64,000 bases of DNA, from assembly GCA_040357565.1 (NCBI GenBank), contig JBDODJ010000007.1, one strand, 5' to 3'. A program made the position numbers and the translations under genes. Of the stretch, positions 47,233 through 64,000 are shown in pieces. Position 1 is the stretch's first letter; the number at the start of each line of letters is the position of its first letter. A model generated the notes under the pieces. The model saw only the letters and a list, made by a program, of their open reading frames with translations. It did not search any database and was not told where the DNA came from. The stretch comes from Cercozoa sp. M6MM (lineage: Eukaryota; Protista; Endomyxa: Ascetosporea).

Positions 47233-48152
47233 ATGAGTGCCAACGGGACACTTTCTGGTTAGTTTGATTGCTTTTGTGCTGTTCAGTGATCCCACATGAC
47301 GTGTGGGTGTGCTGCAGATGGCGCGCTAAACTCGCCGCCGTCGCGCCCGGCTTCATCAACCTCGGCGCCGCCGGCTTCACTGGTACCGAAGCACGTGTGT
47401 ATTGTCACAACGCAATGCTGGCGAAAAAGCAGGTGTTCGACGAGGAGGATGCGCCGGAGTTCATGGAATCGCACTCGCTCGAGTCCGACAATCTGCTGGA
47501 AGAGACTCCGAGTGCTGTCAACTTGACCAACGACGAGCACATTGGTCTGGGTACTCTTGGCACTGACGATGATGAAGAGGTACTGCTGTCTACTTGGGGG
47601 TAGGGGGGGGGGTAACCGTCAGTGTGGGAGTCTTGCTTCTGACAGGAAACGCTGCTGTCACAACGGATCGACGAAGAAGCGAAAAATGCGCGTCTGTGGC
47701 ACATTGCCGTCAGTTTTGGCGTTTCTCATCCTTTCGCTCCGTCTTTACTCTGTTTTTTTACAGGCCTGGAGACCGTACTTTAATGTGTCCACACGTACGG
47801 TACATTTCTTCATATATGTTGAGAATGGAATGTATATGGCTCATGTGCAGGTGCAACAACGACTGCTGAGAGTGTTCGATCTGCGCAAACCTTTCTTTGA
47901 CGAACAAGGTAGTCTTTCTTCGCGAGTGTGTGACGCTGGGTCAGTGTCTAATTCGGTACAGTGATTGGTGTGCGCGACATGGAGTCCAACACGACGACAG
48001 CGTCACCTGCAGTACGTACACAATGTGCACATGTCAGCAGGCAGGTGGGCAGCATGAGCTGGCTTCCTTTTTTGCAGGGCGATTTGTACGCGCCCTTCTG
48101 GCTTGCAACGTCGCTCGTGCTCGTCGTGTCTGCACTAGGTACATGGGTTCTC

Positions 48153-48190
<38 letters not shown>

Positions 48191-48929
48191 GTTTATTTGT
48201 TTATATGTATTTCGATATATATATATATAAATACAGATACAAGTGTTACTATCACAGGCAACCTGTCGTCGTATGTGACGCTGCCGGCCGATTGCGAAGT
48301 CGATTGGCGCACGGACTACGGAAAACTCACGCTGGGCGCCTCCTTGTTCTACTCCTTCGTGTCATGGGTGCCTGCATTGGTAGCCTCGCCTTTCTTTAGA
48401 CCCTTTGAGTGTGCACACTCAAGCACACTGTATGTACAGGTTGCACTGTGTGCACGTCGCACCGGATTCGAATTGGGCACACTGCATGCTGTTTCGCTGT
48501 ACCCATGTCATTTAAGTAGAGGAATGGATGCATTATATATGCGTGCGTGTGTGTGTGTGTGTGTGTGTGGTAGGTACGGCTACGCGCTGCTGCCGCTGCT
48601 ACCGGCTGCGGTTCTGTCGCTCGTGCCTAGTGCAGTCCTGCGCTGGCTCGTACTGCTGCTGGCCTGCACTGCCTCCTTCCTGTTTATCATGCGCAACATG
48701 CGGTATCTTTGTCTGTCTGCTATGACTGCATCTGTGTAAAGTCGCTCTGTTCAGAGGTGCCTCACCGCCGATTCTTGGTCTGGTGGCCGCCATTCATGCA
48801 GGTATTCGTGTGTGTGCGTCTATGTATTTGTATAGAGCATTTAGTTTTTTGCTGTGTGCAGTGATGGCGCTCTTGCTGCGGATCTACTTTTTCTCCTTCA
48901 GCGCCGCCACCTGCACTGTCAAGGACTAA
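47233..48929 (+). CDS. Yip1-domain protein, YIPF1/YIPF2-like
   Basis: Spliced MSANGTLSDGALNSPP...; WRPYFNVST..VQQRL; GDLYAPFWLATSL; GNLSSY; WRTDYGKL; SLYGYAL..LLPAAVLSLVP..LRW; LLLRIYFF. Confidence 0.85.
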
Positions 48930-49213
48930 ATTGCGACCGGACCTGACCGCACTAGACGGACCGGCCGGCACGACGACGGTCAATTACAGTGCTAGCGGGT
49001 AGCCGAATTGATGGAGTAACGCAAGTCATCTCATGGTGAATGAGAGATGAGACCACGACGCCTGCATCAACCATCATGAAGTCGACTTTCGTTTGTTATC
49101 TAGCTTCGGGGAACACCAAAACGATAGGGAGTTGTATCGTATGGTACTATACTCTAAGTGAGCGGTCGGATTCGAGGGAACTACACAGCTGGTTTCTTTT
49201 GAGACTCAGCTCA

Positions 49214-50868
49214 CTAGAGACCGCGACGCCACGCTGGTGTCGCCCTGATTGGCGATTGCTGAACACAAAAGCACAGTTTCGTTGTTGATACTTTGTTTTG
49301 GATACCCAGTGCTCGGACGGTACCTGGACAAGTAAAGCCGGGGCTTGTCGTTGATGCCGCTGCTGCAAGCGACCTTTGGTCGCTTCGCCGATTTCGCGAG
49401 CGCTTTGTTTGTTGGCCTGCTCCCTCGAATCAAGCGACGCTGTGCTGGAAGCGAAGCAATTTCTCCTCTGCTCCCCGTGCTTAATGTCGTAGGCTTTCTT
49501 GCACTGAAAAGTGCAACAACTTAAACTTAGTACAGATAAACATGTTTTTATCAATGAACAGAGGATACATGTCGGTTGATATATATTTATCGATATCGAT
49601 ATTCATACCGCCTGTACGAGTTCCTGAATTCGTCGATGTCTGTGGCCAATCTTTCCTTTCGCCCGCACGAGCAACTGACGGCGACGCTCAAGCATCTGTT
49701 CTTCGGACTGTTTGATTCGAAGTTTCTGAACTTCAGACACTGGTGCGTCCGTGCTGCGAACGTTGCAGTGGGAACGTTTCGCTGCCAGTGCACGTGACCG
49801 GCTTAACAACTTGTGCCGCCGTTGCACAGCTTCCCTGACGACCTCTTCTTTCGTTTGCTTGACTCTCGCATTGGCAGCAGCTTGTTTTCGACGCTGCTTT
49901 CGTTGATTTTCACGCACCACTCTTTGCAAGGCATCTTGTTGCTCTTTCTTCCACATTTTGATGCGCTGCTTGGTTTCTTCACTGTCATTCTGCTCTTTGT
50001 TTTTCGACAACCTTTGTAACCTCATCTTGTTTGCCAAATCTTCTCCTTCGCGCACGAGTTTTGAACGCAGTTTGGTTTTGTGCAGCTTCCACTGAGCAAC
50101 GAGGTTTCGCTTCACCTGCTGAAGCTGCTGAACTGCATCGATGTGGTCAAAGTGTCGTCGAACTTCCGCCGCTTGTCGAGTGGGAAACAACATGCTGCAG
50201 AGCAATGCACTGTCTTCGGGCTTGAGGTTTCGCTGAGACACAATTGCAACAAATTGGTCATGCTCGTCTTGTCGCCAGCTGCCGCGCTCGCCACCGACAA
50301 TGGCAAGTTTGTCGTCGATAGTTTTTACTTGCTTCGAGATCGCCCTTAATGCTGTTTCTGGATTCATATCTTCAAGCGACTTGATGTCGACGTCGCAGTC
50401 GTCGAACTCCACACTGCCTTCCAAAGACGAACTTGATGTTTCAATGTAATGACTGTTGCAGAAGCGACCACCCGCCCAGCTGCCCGTGTCTTGTCGACTC
50501 TTGTCAAGCTCGCGGAATCTCGCAAACAGCGCCTGATGCTGCGAAAGCTGCGTCTCGAGTTCGGTTTGCAAACGATGTATACGCTTGGAGCAGCGAAACT
50601 GCACGAGCGAGAGAGCGTTGTCGCATTTCTCAATGCACTGCGTCACCTGCTTGCATGCTTTCTCGTGTGCGACTGAAGCATCAGTTTGGTCTTTCAGCTT
50701 GCCGATCTGTCTCGCGCAAGTCCGGAGGTTCGCTATGCTGGGTTTTACTTCTTCGAGTGTACTCGCGTCGGCGCACGCTTCATCGACGAGATCTTGCCTG
50801 ATGGAAAACTCACCGAGCATTATGTCAGCAAATTCGTGCAAGCGCCGAGAACGCAAGTCGGCCAGCAT
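49214..50868 (-). CDS. CCDC112: Coiled-coil domain-containing protein 112-like (cilium/centriole-associated)
   Basis: A coding exon of about 1.27 kb contains GGERGSWRQDEHDQFV...EVRRH...KRNLVAQWK. The terminal exon reads IRATPAWRRGL* (compare CCDC112 RAIPTWRQG). The start codon is uncertain. Confidence 0.7.
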
Positions 50869-51053
50869 TTTTTTCACCACCGGCCTACAGACCAAAAAGA
50901 ATGAATGCGCTGACCATCACACCTTCATACCGAAGCTTGCGCCGTCGCAACCCACCGCATACACGGCTGCGCTCTGCGATGGCCCTGTTGGTACATCTAA
51001 CCGGTCGCAATAATCCCCAGTACTCGTGCTTGCTTTGGTGCCTCCAGAAGCTT

Positions 51054-52341
51054 ATGGATGCGTCGCATTCGAACAGGTCCGCGCGGATGGAAAATACTCT
51101 GGCCGGGTTAACAGAATTTAACCAACGTCTCGTACAGTCTGTATTGAGGTACTGTACCATGTGCTGGTCAACCCTACGGGTGGACCCTCCAGGAGTGACA
51201 CCGCAGCGGAGCAACGACGAAAGAGCTTTTCGCGAAGCTTCTGATCAAGGCAACCCTCCGCGCGCTATGCCGCAGCATCTCGGTGGTGTTTCGCAGATGC
51301 TTCCTTTCATAAACATGATGCCGATGATCCCGATGATGTGCTTCGTGCCTCCTGCCGCTGCCACAGAAAGCAACCACGCCGAAGACGTCGACGCGCATAG
51401 ACAGGAGTCTCGAGGGACACCTAAACAACCCGGGCCATTTCAACCACCATATTCGCATTGGCAAATGATGCAGTATCCTGGCATGTATCCTGGCTACTTT
51501 CCTCACCCACCAATGTCATCACACCTTTCTGCGACTCATGGAGAAAAGCGACCGAAAAGAGCTCACATTTCACCAAAGCACGACGGAGAAGCAATTACCC
51601 GCTTTGTTGATGCCGTCGCGTTCATACAGCGGTGGTACAAGAGGAGGAAACACGCTCGCCGACTGCGACAAGCGGCTCTTAATATACGACGGAAAGCGAT
51701 GCTGCAGGAAGTAGCCGATCAAGTGATTGCGAGAGAGACGCATCGGGAGGTGCGAGAAATTGCGATGCTTGAGATCTTCAACGCAACGAAAGCAGTCCGG
51801 GAGCTACCGCAAAGTCAAAGACGCTTGATCGACCTTGCCGAGGTGCTTGTCGACTCATTCCACAATCTCGAGATCCGGCGTCTTGTTGGCAAAGTCATCT
51901 CTGAGCATGTTGACCAGGTACTGTTTCCTGTTCTCCAATCCTTTAGCATCCAGCGCACTGTTTTTTTAGTACCTGAACGAGAAAGACGGCAGCTCCGCAG
52001 TCACACGAAAGATCGGCGGTTCTTTTGTCAGTATCGCCGAGCTCGAGGTGCTTGCGTACGCTCAGATTATTAATGGCTTAGAACTGAATTAGAGGGTTTC
52101 ACAGATCGCGGAGTTCGTGGAGCGAGAAATTGAGACGCTGCTGGAGCAAGAGATAGCTGCTGCTGTCGACAAAGTGCTTTTTGCGAGTGATGTCGATTCT
52201 ATCATTCACGAGCTCATCGAAAGTGAGGTCGACTCCGTCATTTGTGGCAAAAACGGAATGCTGGATGCGTGCTTCGATGAAGCTGCCCACCAGCTCATCG
52301 CACAGTTCGTGGTACTCGCAACAATCGGCGCCGGCAGATGA
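51054..52341 (+). CDS. Hypothetical IQ-motif protein
   Basis: Long open exon with an M/P-rich segment and the IQ motif DAVAFIQRWYKRRKHARRL, followed by helical E-rich exons. The start is uncertain (50979 or 51054). Confidence 0.6.
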
Positions 52342-52946
52342 CACTACAGAAAATGCCGTGTTTTTTCAGCTCGACGAGTGTCGCCGAGAAGCAGTGAAAA
52401 TACTTCGACTGGCCGCGGAGCGGCAGCACCGAGGAACTTGGTTCTCGAAAAAAGTTCAGTTCACTGAAGAAGCAACCAAGTTTCGGAACAAATTCGAAAG
52501 GTGCGCGTAAATTACATAGAATACCCTGCACTTGAGATGCATGAGCGAACACTTGGTAATTAATACTACTGCAACAGGTTTTGCTGCGCGCAATTGGCCG
52601 TGGAGTTCGCGGTGGCAGCGTCGGCGAGCAAGGAAAACACTCTTGACAGAACTGGCAGCGTCTCAGAGTTCGCCGCCCTCGAGATACCACTGTTGCACTG
52701 GCTCACGTTCCACCTCGTTTCGGACGAGTTGCGCGCGAGACCTTCGTTCTAGCACTTGAAGATTAATATTCTTTCTCCAGCACTGAGAGTGTTGCCTTGG
52801 CATCACGCCTATAGTACTAATAAAGTTACTGTATGGGAACAGAAAACTCAGGATTCTGTGTTTGTTTGGCAGAGAGATTCTGAGTTCGCGCCCAGCATCA
52901 CTTTCATCTTGATTCTGTGTGCGCAGCCGCGTGCTGATTGTCATAA

Positions 52947-54228
52947 ATGCACACACGGCTGGCCGTGGTTCGTTGGTCTATCTCCGGATCTGAGAATACG
53001 TCGTGTGCCTGGGGGATTTTCGTGTGTGTTGGCGCAGAAGGTGTGCCGTTCGCGCGTGCGCAGATGGCGTTACCTCTCATGCAGTCACGGTGGCAACGGC
53101 CCGTGTGGTCACAATAAGAAGAACAGTGAGGCCGACCACGCGTCCAAGAAGCCCGAGGAACTGCCGCCATGCTGGAATTGTGATGTGCCAAGGTAGTGAT
53201 TGATCCGAGAGCAGGGTGTATGTATGGGAGAACGGTTTCATTCTGAGATGATTGGCACACAGGGAGCACATGCACGTGTTCTGCGACAGCTGCAATGTGG
53301 TGCAGCCGCCGCCACAAAAGAGTCGCAAGGCCACGAACTACTTTGACCTGCTGCTGCAGAAGGACGAGTTCGACGTGGATCCGCAGGCACTCACCGAGCG
53401 ATATCGCTCACTTGTCAGGTGTGTGTCTTTTTTAAAATAATTTTTTACCCCCTGTCTCCTTCCAAGCGTCACACAACTTTGTTCTACCACAGGAGACTGC
53501 ATCCAGACCTGTCCTCACAACTGTCTCCTCGTGAACGAGAGGTATATACACTCCCTGAACTGTGTCGCGAGGTATGTGTTCTATGTGTGGTTTGCAGTAC
53601 GCCCAGCAATACATCAGCATCGTGAATCGAGGCAAGGAAGTGCTGTCGGACCCTGTACTACGCGCACGCCATCTTCTCGAACTGCGCGGCTTCCTGCAGG
53701 ACGACCAAGGCGAGAGCGAGGTGCGTGTGCGTGTATGTGTCGTGTCATGCGTGTGCACTTTGTAGAGTTGTGTCATAATACTAAAATAGGTGCTTCACGA
53801 CATGGAGTTTGTCATGCGCATTTTCGACCGTCGCGAACGCATCGATGAACTGCGCGGCGATGTCGAAAAGAACCTGCCGCAGCTGGTCGACATTCTGCAG
53901 GAGAATGAATTCGAGTTCCGACTTGAAATCAAAAGTAACACTTGTGTTATTTTGTGCAATACCCACGACATTTTCGTTCGTCCTTGTGCAGACACCAAGG
54001 AAGCCTTCCGGAGGAACGACCTGCCGAAGGCCAAGGATATCACGCTGCGACTTAACTACCTGTACAAGATCCGACGGGATCTCCTTGAGCTGTTGCCACA
54101 CACGGCCATCAGGGGTACCTCCTTCCCCTTCCCCTTCTCCATTTTGCCTGGGCAGTGTGATTTTCCTTCATGCGCGATGCTGTAAAATGACAGAAATCGA
54201 TGAAGATGTCGACATGAGTCCAGAGTAG
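52947..54228 (+). CDS. HSCB: Fe-S cluster co-chaperone HscB/Hsc20/Jac1 with an N-terminal tetracysteine motif
   Basis: CWNC...FCDSCNVVQPP; NYFDLL...FDVD...L.ERYRSL.RRLHPD (J domain); VNRGKEVLSDPVLRARHLLEL; DMEFVMRIFDRRE; RLNYLYKI. Arg-rich putative presequence. Confidence 0.92.
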
Positions 54229-54462
54229 TGCACGTGTCATGTCCGTGGCGCATGCTGAGTATCCTACCGGACCGGCGCGCCGGGACGTTTTTATATTTAG
54301 TTTGGACGGGGTCTAACAACAGTACCTGGACTATTTTAGACTAATCAACTATATGCCTGGCCACGAACACACGCTCGGAGAAACTTAGGCCCCAGGCCAG
54401 AGGTCGCTTTTCGGTGATCTCCCGTATCCGTTCGCCCGCTCTGCTCGATCCCCCAACTGAAA

Positions 54463-55521
54463 TCAATCCGTCTTTTTCTTGGAGCTGGCGTCAGGAGTCG
54501 CACTTGAATCGGTCTGTGATTGATCAGAAAGCGCTATCCTTTCTGCTTCAGTTTCATTGGTGGAGGAAGCTAGGCGCGACTTTTGCATCTTGTTCTTCTG
54601 GTTCTTCTGCTGAAGTTCCTGGTGCTGCGCGTGCAAGAATCGCTCTCCGCGAAGAAGCCAGAGAAGGAACTCTGTCAGCAGCGTGAGGATCGAGAGCACC
54701 ACGCTACACAGAGAATGTCCTTTGATCAGTCCAGTTGGCAGTCAAGTGAAAAAGGCACCCACACAGTGCTCCAATCGAGTAGTCTTTGAAGTAGTTTCCG
54801 CCGGCAAAGAAACCCTTTGCGAGTGAAACAGCATCACCATAAAAAACAAAAAACAACAAACGAAAGCTCTTCATACCAAGAAGAAAGCGGAGACTGCGGC
54901 TGCCACACTCGCCATCGCCACTGTCGAAACAAAAGTCAAATGTGTATAAATTGCAAGACAAAAAAAAAACTACAAGAGAGTGAGTCGCGAATGTCCTTGA
55001 TTTCTGAAGAAACCGTCAAACGTTGCTTTGGCTCGAGATTCGCCACAAGCCGGTCGTACTCGGCGTTGTTCCGCTTCACGAGCAGCAGCTCCTTCCTGCG
55101 CCGAAAGCTCTCTTCTTGCACCGACGCTTGCGGGGGTTCGCACGTTCTCATTGTTTCCAGCAACTCTTCAACCTTTCCTTCTGCCAAAGCAGAGAAAAAA
55201 CTCCGCAGTAAACGCGCGAACACGCAGCGAAAGTACAAGTGTAAATACCGTCGTTGTGAAGCAAGCGAAGCAGTTCCACGAGGTGAGCGTGTGGGATTGA
55301 AACTGGCGCCTTCCGCGACCGGTACAGGCGAAGAACGCCGTGCTACAGACATACACAAGTAAAACAGGCGCAGACACTCGATACGAAAAAACAAAGACCT
55401 GCGATGGCGGTAATTTCGCGAGTGCTTCGAGCGCCAATTTTCGCACATCCTGATCAAACACGAAGTGCAAGACGGGGGACTTTTTTGTGCCCTCGCTCGT
55501 GCTACTACTTTTTTGTGGCAT
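54463..55521 (-). CDS. V-ATPase assembly factor VMA12/TMEM199-like
   Basis: FRRRKELLLVKRNNAEYDRLVANL, two C-terminal TM segments (VAAAVSAFFLGFFAG; GALCGVVLSILTLLTEFLLW) and a C-terminal KKKTD* ER-retrieval signal. Confidence 0.7.
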
Positions 55522-55657
55522 TTTAACTGCCCGATTATGCCAGGATCTCTAAAGGGAAAGCAAATTGCCGGAAGTATTGAAATCTGTTGAAAGAAAATAA
55601 CAAAACCCCCGCGCTTTGTTGTTAGATTGTTTGGCGTGGGCCTGCAAATGCGCATAG

Positions 55658-59608
<3,951 letters not shown>

Positions 59609-60200
59609 CGTGAGTTAACGAAATATACCTTTCTTATCTACTATGTCGTACCGTACGGTAAGCTTAGATTAATCGGTATCGTATTGAATCGAGCCAACCT
59701 TGAAGAAGATGTCCAGCGCCGGATCGAGCTAAAAGTTGCACAGTTGGCTTCAACAAGTTCTGGCGGTACTGCTCAAGCGCGCGCTGCCAGAGACGATTTC
59801 GCGCTTTGGCGCTTAGGGTCGACCTGTGAATCCACTTCCGTTCTCGCAGGATGGTCCCCAGTGCGCTGCCGTGCCGATGCAGGAAGGACGCCCGCTCAAT
59901 GTTACGTCGCGCCACATTGAATGTGAGCTGAACTTACATACCTGCTTCCGCATTCATTATGAGCTGGTGTCACATCAAAATGGCAGCCAGCCTTCGCATG
60001 GGTAAAACTGTCCAGCTTAAAGGATAAAACCTGGCGCCCATTGACTCTTCTGACACTAGACGAGGTATTAAGCTCAATGAATCGCTGGTTAGAGCTCAGG
60101 TAATGGATGAAAACTCGCATCATCATTTACAGGTTCTTTTCAGCTCTTCGGAGGATCGATGTCAGCTGGGACGGGTTTCGGAGTCGGATTCTAGTTCAAG

Positions 60201-61734
60201 TTAGTCTGCTTCTTCAGACTCGAGCGTGGGACGCTCAAATTCTATCGATACACGGGCATACTGTCGACATTGCCGATAATTTTGTGCGGTTGGGCGAAAA
60301 TACCTATCACTTCGTCAACGATTGCGGCTTCCAGTTCGGCTTCATCAAAAAGTATTCGATCGGAGGCGAAGGCTGTGAGTGAGTCTTCAACGTCAACAAG
60401 AAAACTTGCGGGGATATACACCACTCCATCGTCAACCTGTTCACACACAACAACAGGAACCGGAATGCACAGTGTGCGGTTGAAACACCAGAAAAACACG
60501 CCCTATATAATTACTGTACGACAAGTTCTCTGACTTCCTGGAAGTGTTCTGGCAAGGCAGACGTGGAGACGTCGAGGCTGTACCGATTTGTAGGCTCGTC
60601 CGTCATGTACAGTCGACTACAATGCACATGTAGCGGCATCCTGGTGTACAACTTTGCGACTTGCTCGGCAGATCGAGCTGTCATAATTTCATTCTCGGTA
60701 AGGCTCCGCACTAGGTGGGTTGTTCCTGCAAAAGTAAAAAGATGTCAATGTACAGCATATTTCAAGTACAAATGAATACCTTTAGGTCGCGCATGAGCAT
60801 GCGCTACGAGATTTTTTAGAACGTCTGCCACGCAAGACGCACCATTGTACTTTTGCACAACGGACTGCTTCAGTTGGTAGAATTCTTCGAACTGCAGAAC
60901 GTCCCTTGGAGACATTTGCGCCAAGAGGTCCTTGTAGTGTTTGTCCCGCGGTGGCAAGTGGCCCAGAACCTCCAGTCCAATCGTCTTTAGCATCTAAAAT
61001 CGAGCGCAACAACCTCGGCCACACTGAAGTATAGTCAATCGTACTACAGAAACTTACGGTGATGATTTGCCCGACTGTAGTGCTCAAAGGATACACTGCA
61101 ATCTTGATGTGCTGAAAGAAGCAGAACGCCAGAGTGCAGGCAAACAGATGTTTAAGACTGAAACTGGTTTTACCTTCGCGCCATCGCTTCGGGTTTCGTC
61201 TTCGATTGACTTGATGTGCATCTCATGCTGCGTGAACTTTTCATTTGGAAACACGGCCGAAACAACATCTCGCAATTCGACATTTGTGCCCAAGAAACCA
61301 ACGATTTTGTTGTGATACAACGTCGAGTGCTCCGGAACAAGTTCGGAAATGAGAACCTGGTTCTTCTGTATTTCTGCAGGCACTCCGTAGAATCGCACCT
61401 TGTAGTCTTTCACAACTTGGGGTGGCAACTCCTTTGTCTGAGTGACCAATATGTCGTACTCGGCGCAGCTGTAATACGGGTCTGCATCACGAACAAAGTC
61501 CTCTGTGCTTTCATTCGCAAAGCGGCGATCGGATTCAAGAAACCTGCAGACACGAATTGCTTTACAATAGCTTTGAATTTAGTAGCAAAACGTAGCAATC
61601 AGCAAGTTGTACGTGCTCAAATCCTTGCCGACGTGCATACTCTCCGCCAACAAGGTCAATCCACTCGACTCAGTCACGCAGGTTTGAAACGGTGCGTTAA
61701 TTAGGTCGGTCTATGCGTGACTTATTGTGTGTGT

Positions 61735-61782
<48 letters not shown>

Positions 61783-61792
61783 NNNNNNNNNN

Positions 61793-61840
<48 letters not shown>

Positions 61841-62589
61841 TACCATGCCAGGAAAGACACGCTGGACCAAGGACTGTGAACTAGAAATACAGTCACTGTG
61901 AATTTACTACTTCGCCTGTAAAAGATACTCAAAACGAATGAAGTACTGGTCAGCGACTGGAGTTAGCGGACAGTTCTGCATATAAGAGGTGTATTGGGTA
62001 CGTGATGGGCAGTTGCAAAGTACGGCAGGCTTGTCGACGACCAGCAGCCCAACGCTCTTTTTGTGGGCGACGAGTGCTGAATCGGGATCCAGGTCCCCTG
62101 CTTGAGGATAGAAATTCGTGTTAAAGTTTACGCGTAAAATGGTCGTTCTGTCAGGCTTGTCGTACTCATCTTTCAACGGCTTTGATGCGTCAAGAATTCG
62201 GTGTCCATTGACAAAGAGCGCTCCGTGCTCCGCGGCTTTCAAAAAGTGCTCAGGGCGCAACAAATGCTCGCAAGCTATTTTCAACAACATAGGGGGATAC
62301 CAACTCCATCGTTGTTTCAACTGGTACCAGAGTTTGACAAGAACGTTGCAATGCACGGTTTGACATCTTTGTGCCTGCATTTCACCAGCAGAACCTGGTC
62401 AGTTTGCAACCGTGTGTGCACACTTCCATGATTTGCGACATGACTGCAAACATACGGTAGTCTACATCGCTTGGACCGGGTGAATCGAGCATTTAGAGTA
62501 CATTGGTGCGCGATTGAATCGATCTTGCTCAAGCAGAACTGAGAATGAAAGGTCCATGTCGTGTGATGCAAAACCCTGGTGCAGTGCAT
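60201..62589 (-). CDS. RluA/RluD-family pseudouridine synthase-like protein, catalytic Asp apparently lost
   Basis: In order: S4-like AEHGALFVNGHRI; motif I LLVVDKPA; degenerate motif II QTCVTESSGLTLLA; motif IIa VVKDYKVRFYG; GQII..MLKTIGLEVLG (compare HQIR...IGHPIVGD); motif III PLHVHCSRL...ALPEHF. The termini are uncertain. Confidence 0.65.
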
Positions 62590-63561
62590 TTGTTACATCT
62601 TCTGTCCTTCGTAAATTCGTCTCGCTCAAGCTCGAGATTTCGAACTAGTTTCTAACGAAGCAACTAACATCAAGGGTATCGATGCAATTCAGTTTACCTC
62701 AATGGGCGGCACTTTCTGTCCAGTTCGCGGACTCCCGCTTAAACAACGAAGAGCACGTCGCCGCAACATGCTAGGATGAGCACAAACTCTCCAGGAACAC
62801 TCCAATCCGCTCGGTACGCCTCACAACAAACCTGCTGGGTCACCTCGGTTTAAAAAAACTGCCAGTTGGGTCTATAAATCAAACATCTTCTTCCGCGCGG
62901 ATTGGATGTCATAACCGAACACTACTTGAATTTCAGTTCAGTCTTGAAAGCGTGACTAGTGCAGAGGAGGGCGCGTGTGAACTACTCACTGTAAAGTTCG
63001 AGACCGCGGGTGCATCGCTAGGTAGTGCCGCGACTGCAGATGACAGGCAACGCCAGGCCGTGCAATTTCTACAACCTCACTCTGAGACTCTTCGTCACTA
63101 GAGACGCTGACGGATGTTGTGTCCGGCTTTCGGCAACAGGACGTTGCCGCAGTGTCACTGACACCTGGGAGCCCGATACTTGCTGCGGCCGGGCCGCATG
63201 TGACTCGCTTTCGTCGTCCTGCTCTGGTGCCGCACAACAAGTACACAGACGCTTGATTCTCTGCCAGCCATATTTGACTGCCTTCTGATCACGCACGCAC
63301 ACAAAGCACACTCGGATTTGTACAGAAAACCTGGACGGCATTTCACAAGATCTCCCTTTCAACTATGTTTACGGTACCAGCATGCAGCTGACGAGTGGTT
63401 TTCTGTGCAATCAAGTACTTGACGAATCAATTAAACTACAATGTCTGATAGCCATGAACAAGCTGAAACAGCCGACACGATGATCTCAGCGGTAGAAGTG
63501 AAACTCCGTCGAGGCAATTAAACATAAACTGACTTGAACTGAAGCGACGCGCAAGGTGAGG

Positions 63562-64000
<439 letters not shown>

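Noticed and set aside
59664-60190. Additional small minus-strand gene or 3' extension of the pseudouridine synthase-like gene
   Set aside because: There are short ORFs with possible splice sites, but no consistent frame or motif. Insufficient support.

Overview
Gene-dense eukaryotic (protist-like) genomic DNA in the standard genetic code. It has very many short GT-AG introns (mostly 45-110 nt), abundant (GT)n/(CA)n microsatellites and five N-gaps. The ORF track is largely uninformative because genes are split into small exons, so I spliced the models by hand. About 17 protein genes are supported: a giant SPRY-containing HECTD4/MYCBP2-like protein running off the left edge, an unknown gene, a DD3-3-like membrane protein, a D-threonine aldolase-like PLP enzyme, an NADPH oxidase, an SDR, an unknown (weakly HAUS6-like) gene, a Csm1/Pcs1 monopolin-like protein, a SAP+SNF2 helicase, MFAP1, YIPF1/2, CCDC112, an IQ protein, HSCB, VMA12/TMEM199, PIF1, an RluA-family pseudouridine synthase-like gene, and the PIGM 3' end. 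Three observations stand out. (1) The NADPH oxidase is a single in-frame SH3 + p22phox-like + NOX2-like fusion, with a PPPR motif at the p22/NOX junction, i.e. a possibly self-contained oxidase. (2) An intact-looking but divergent U6 snRNA gene sits sense-strand inside an intron of the spliceosomal protein gene MFAP1. (3) The pseudouridine synthase appears to have lost its catalytic Asp. All family calls come from motif recognition by eye; no database search was run and novelty is unverified.
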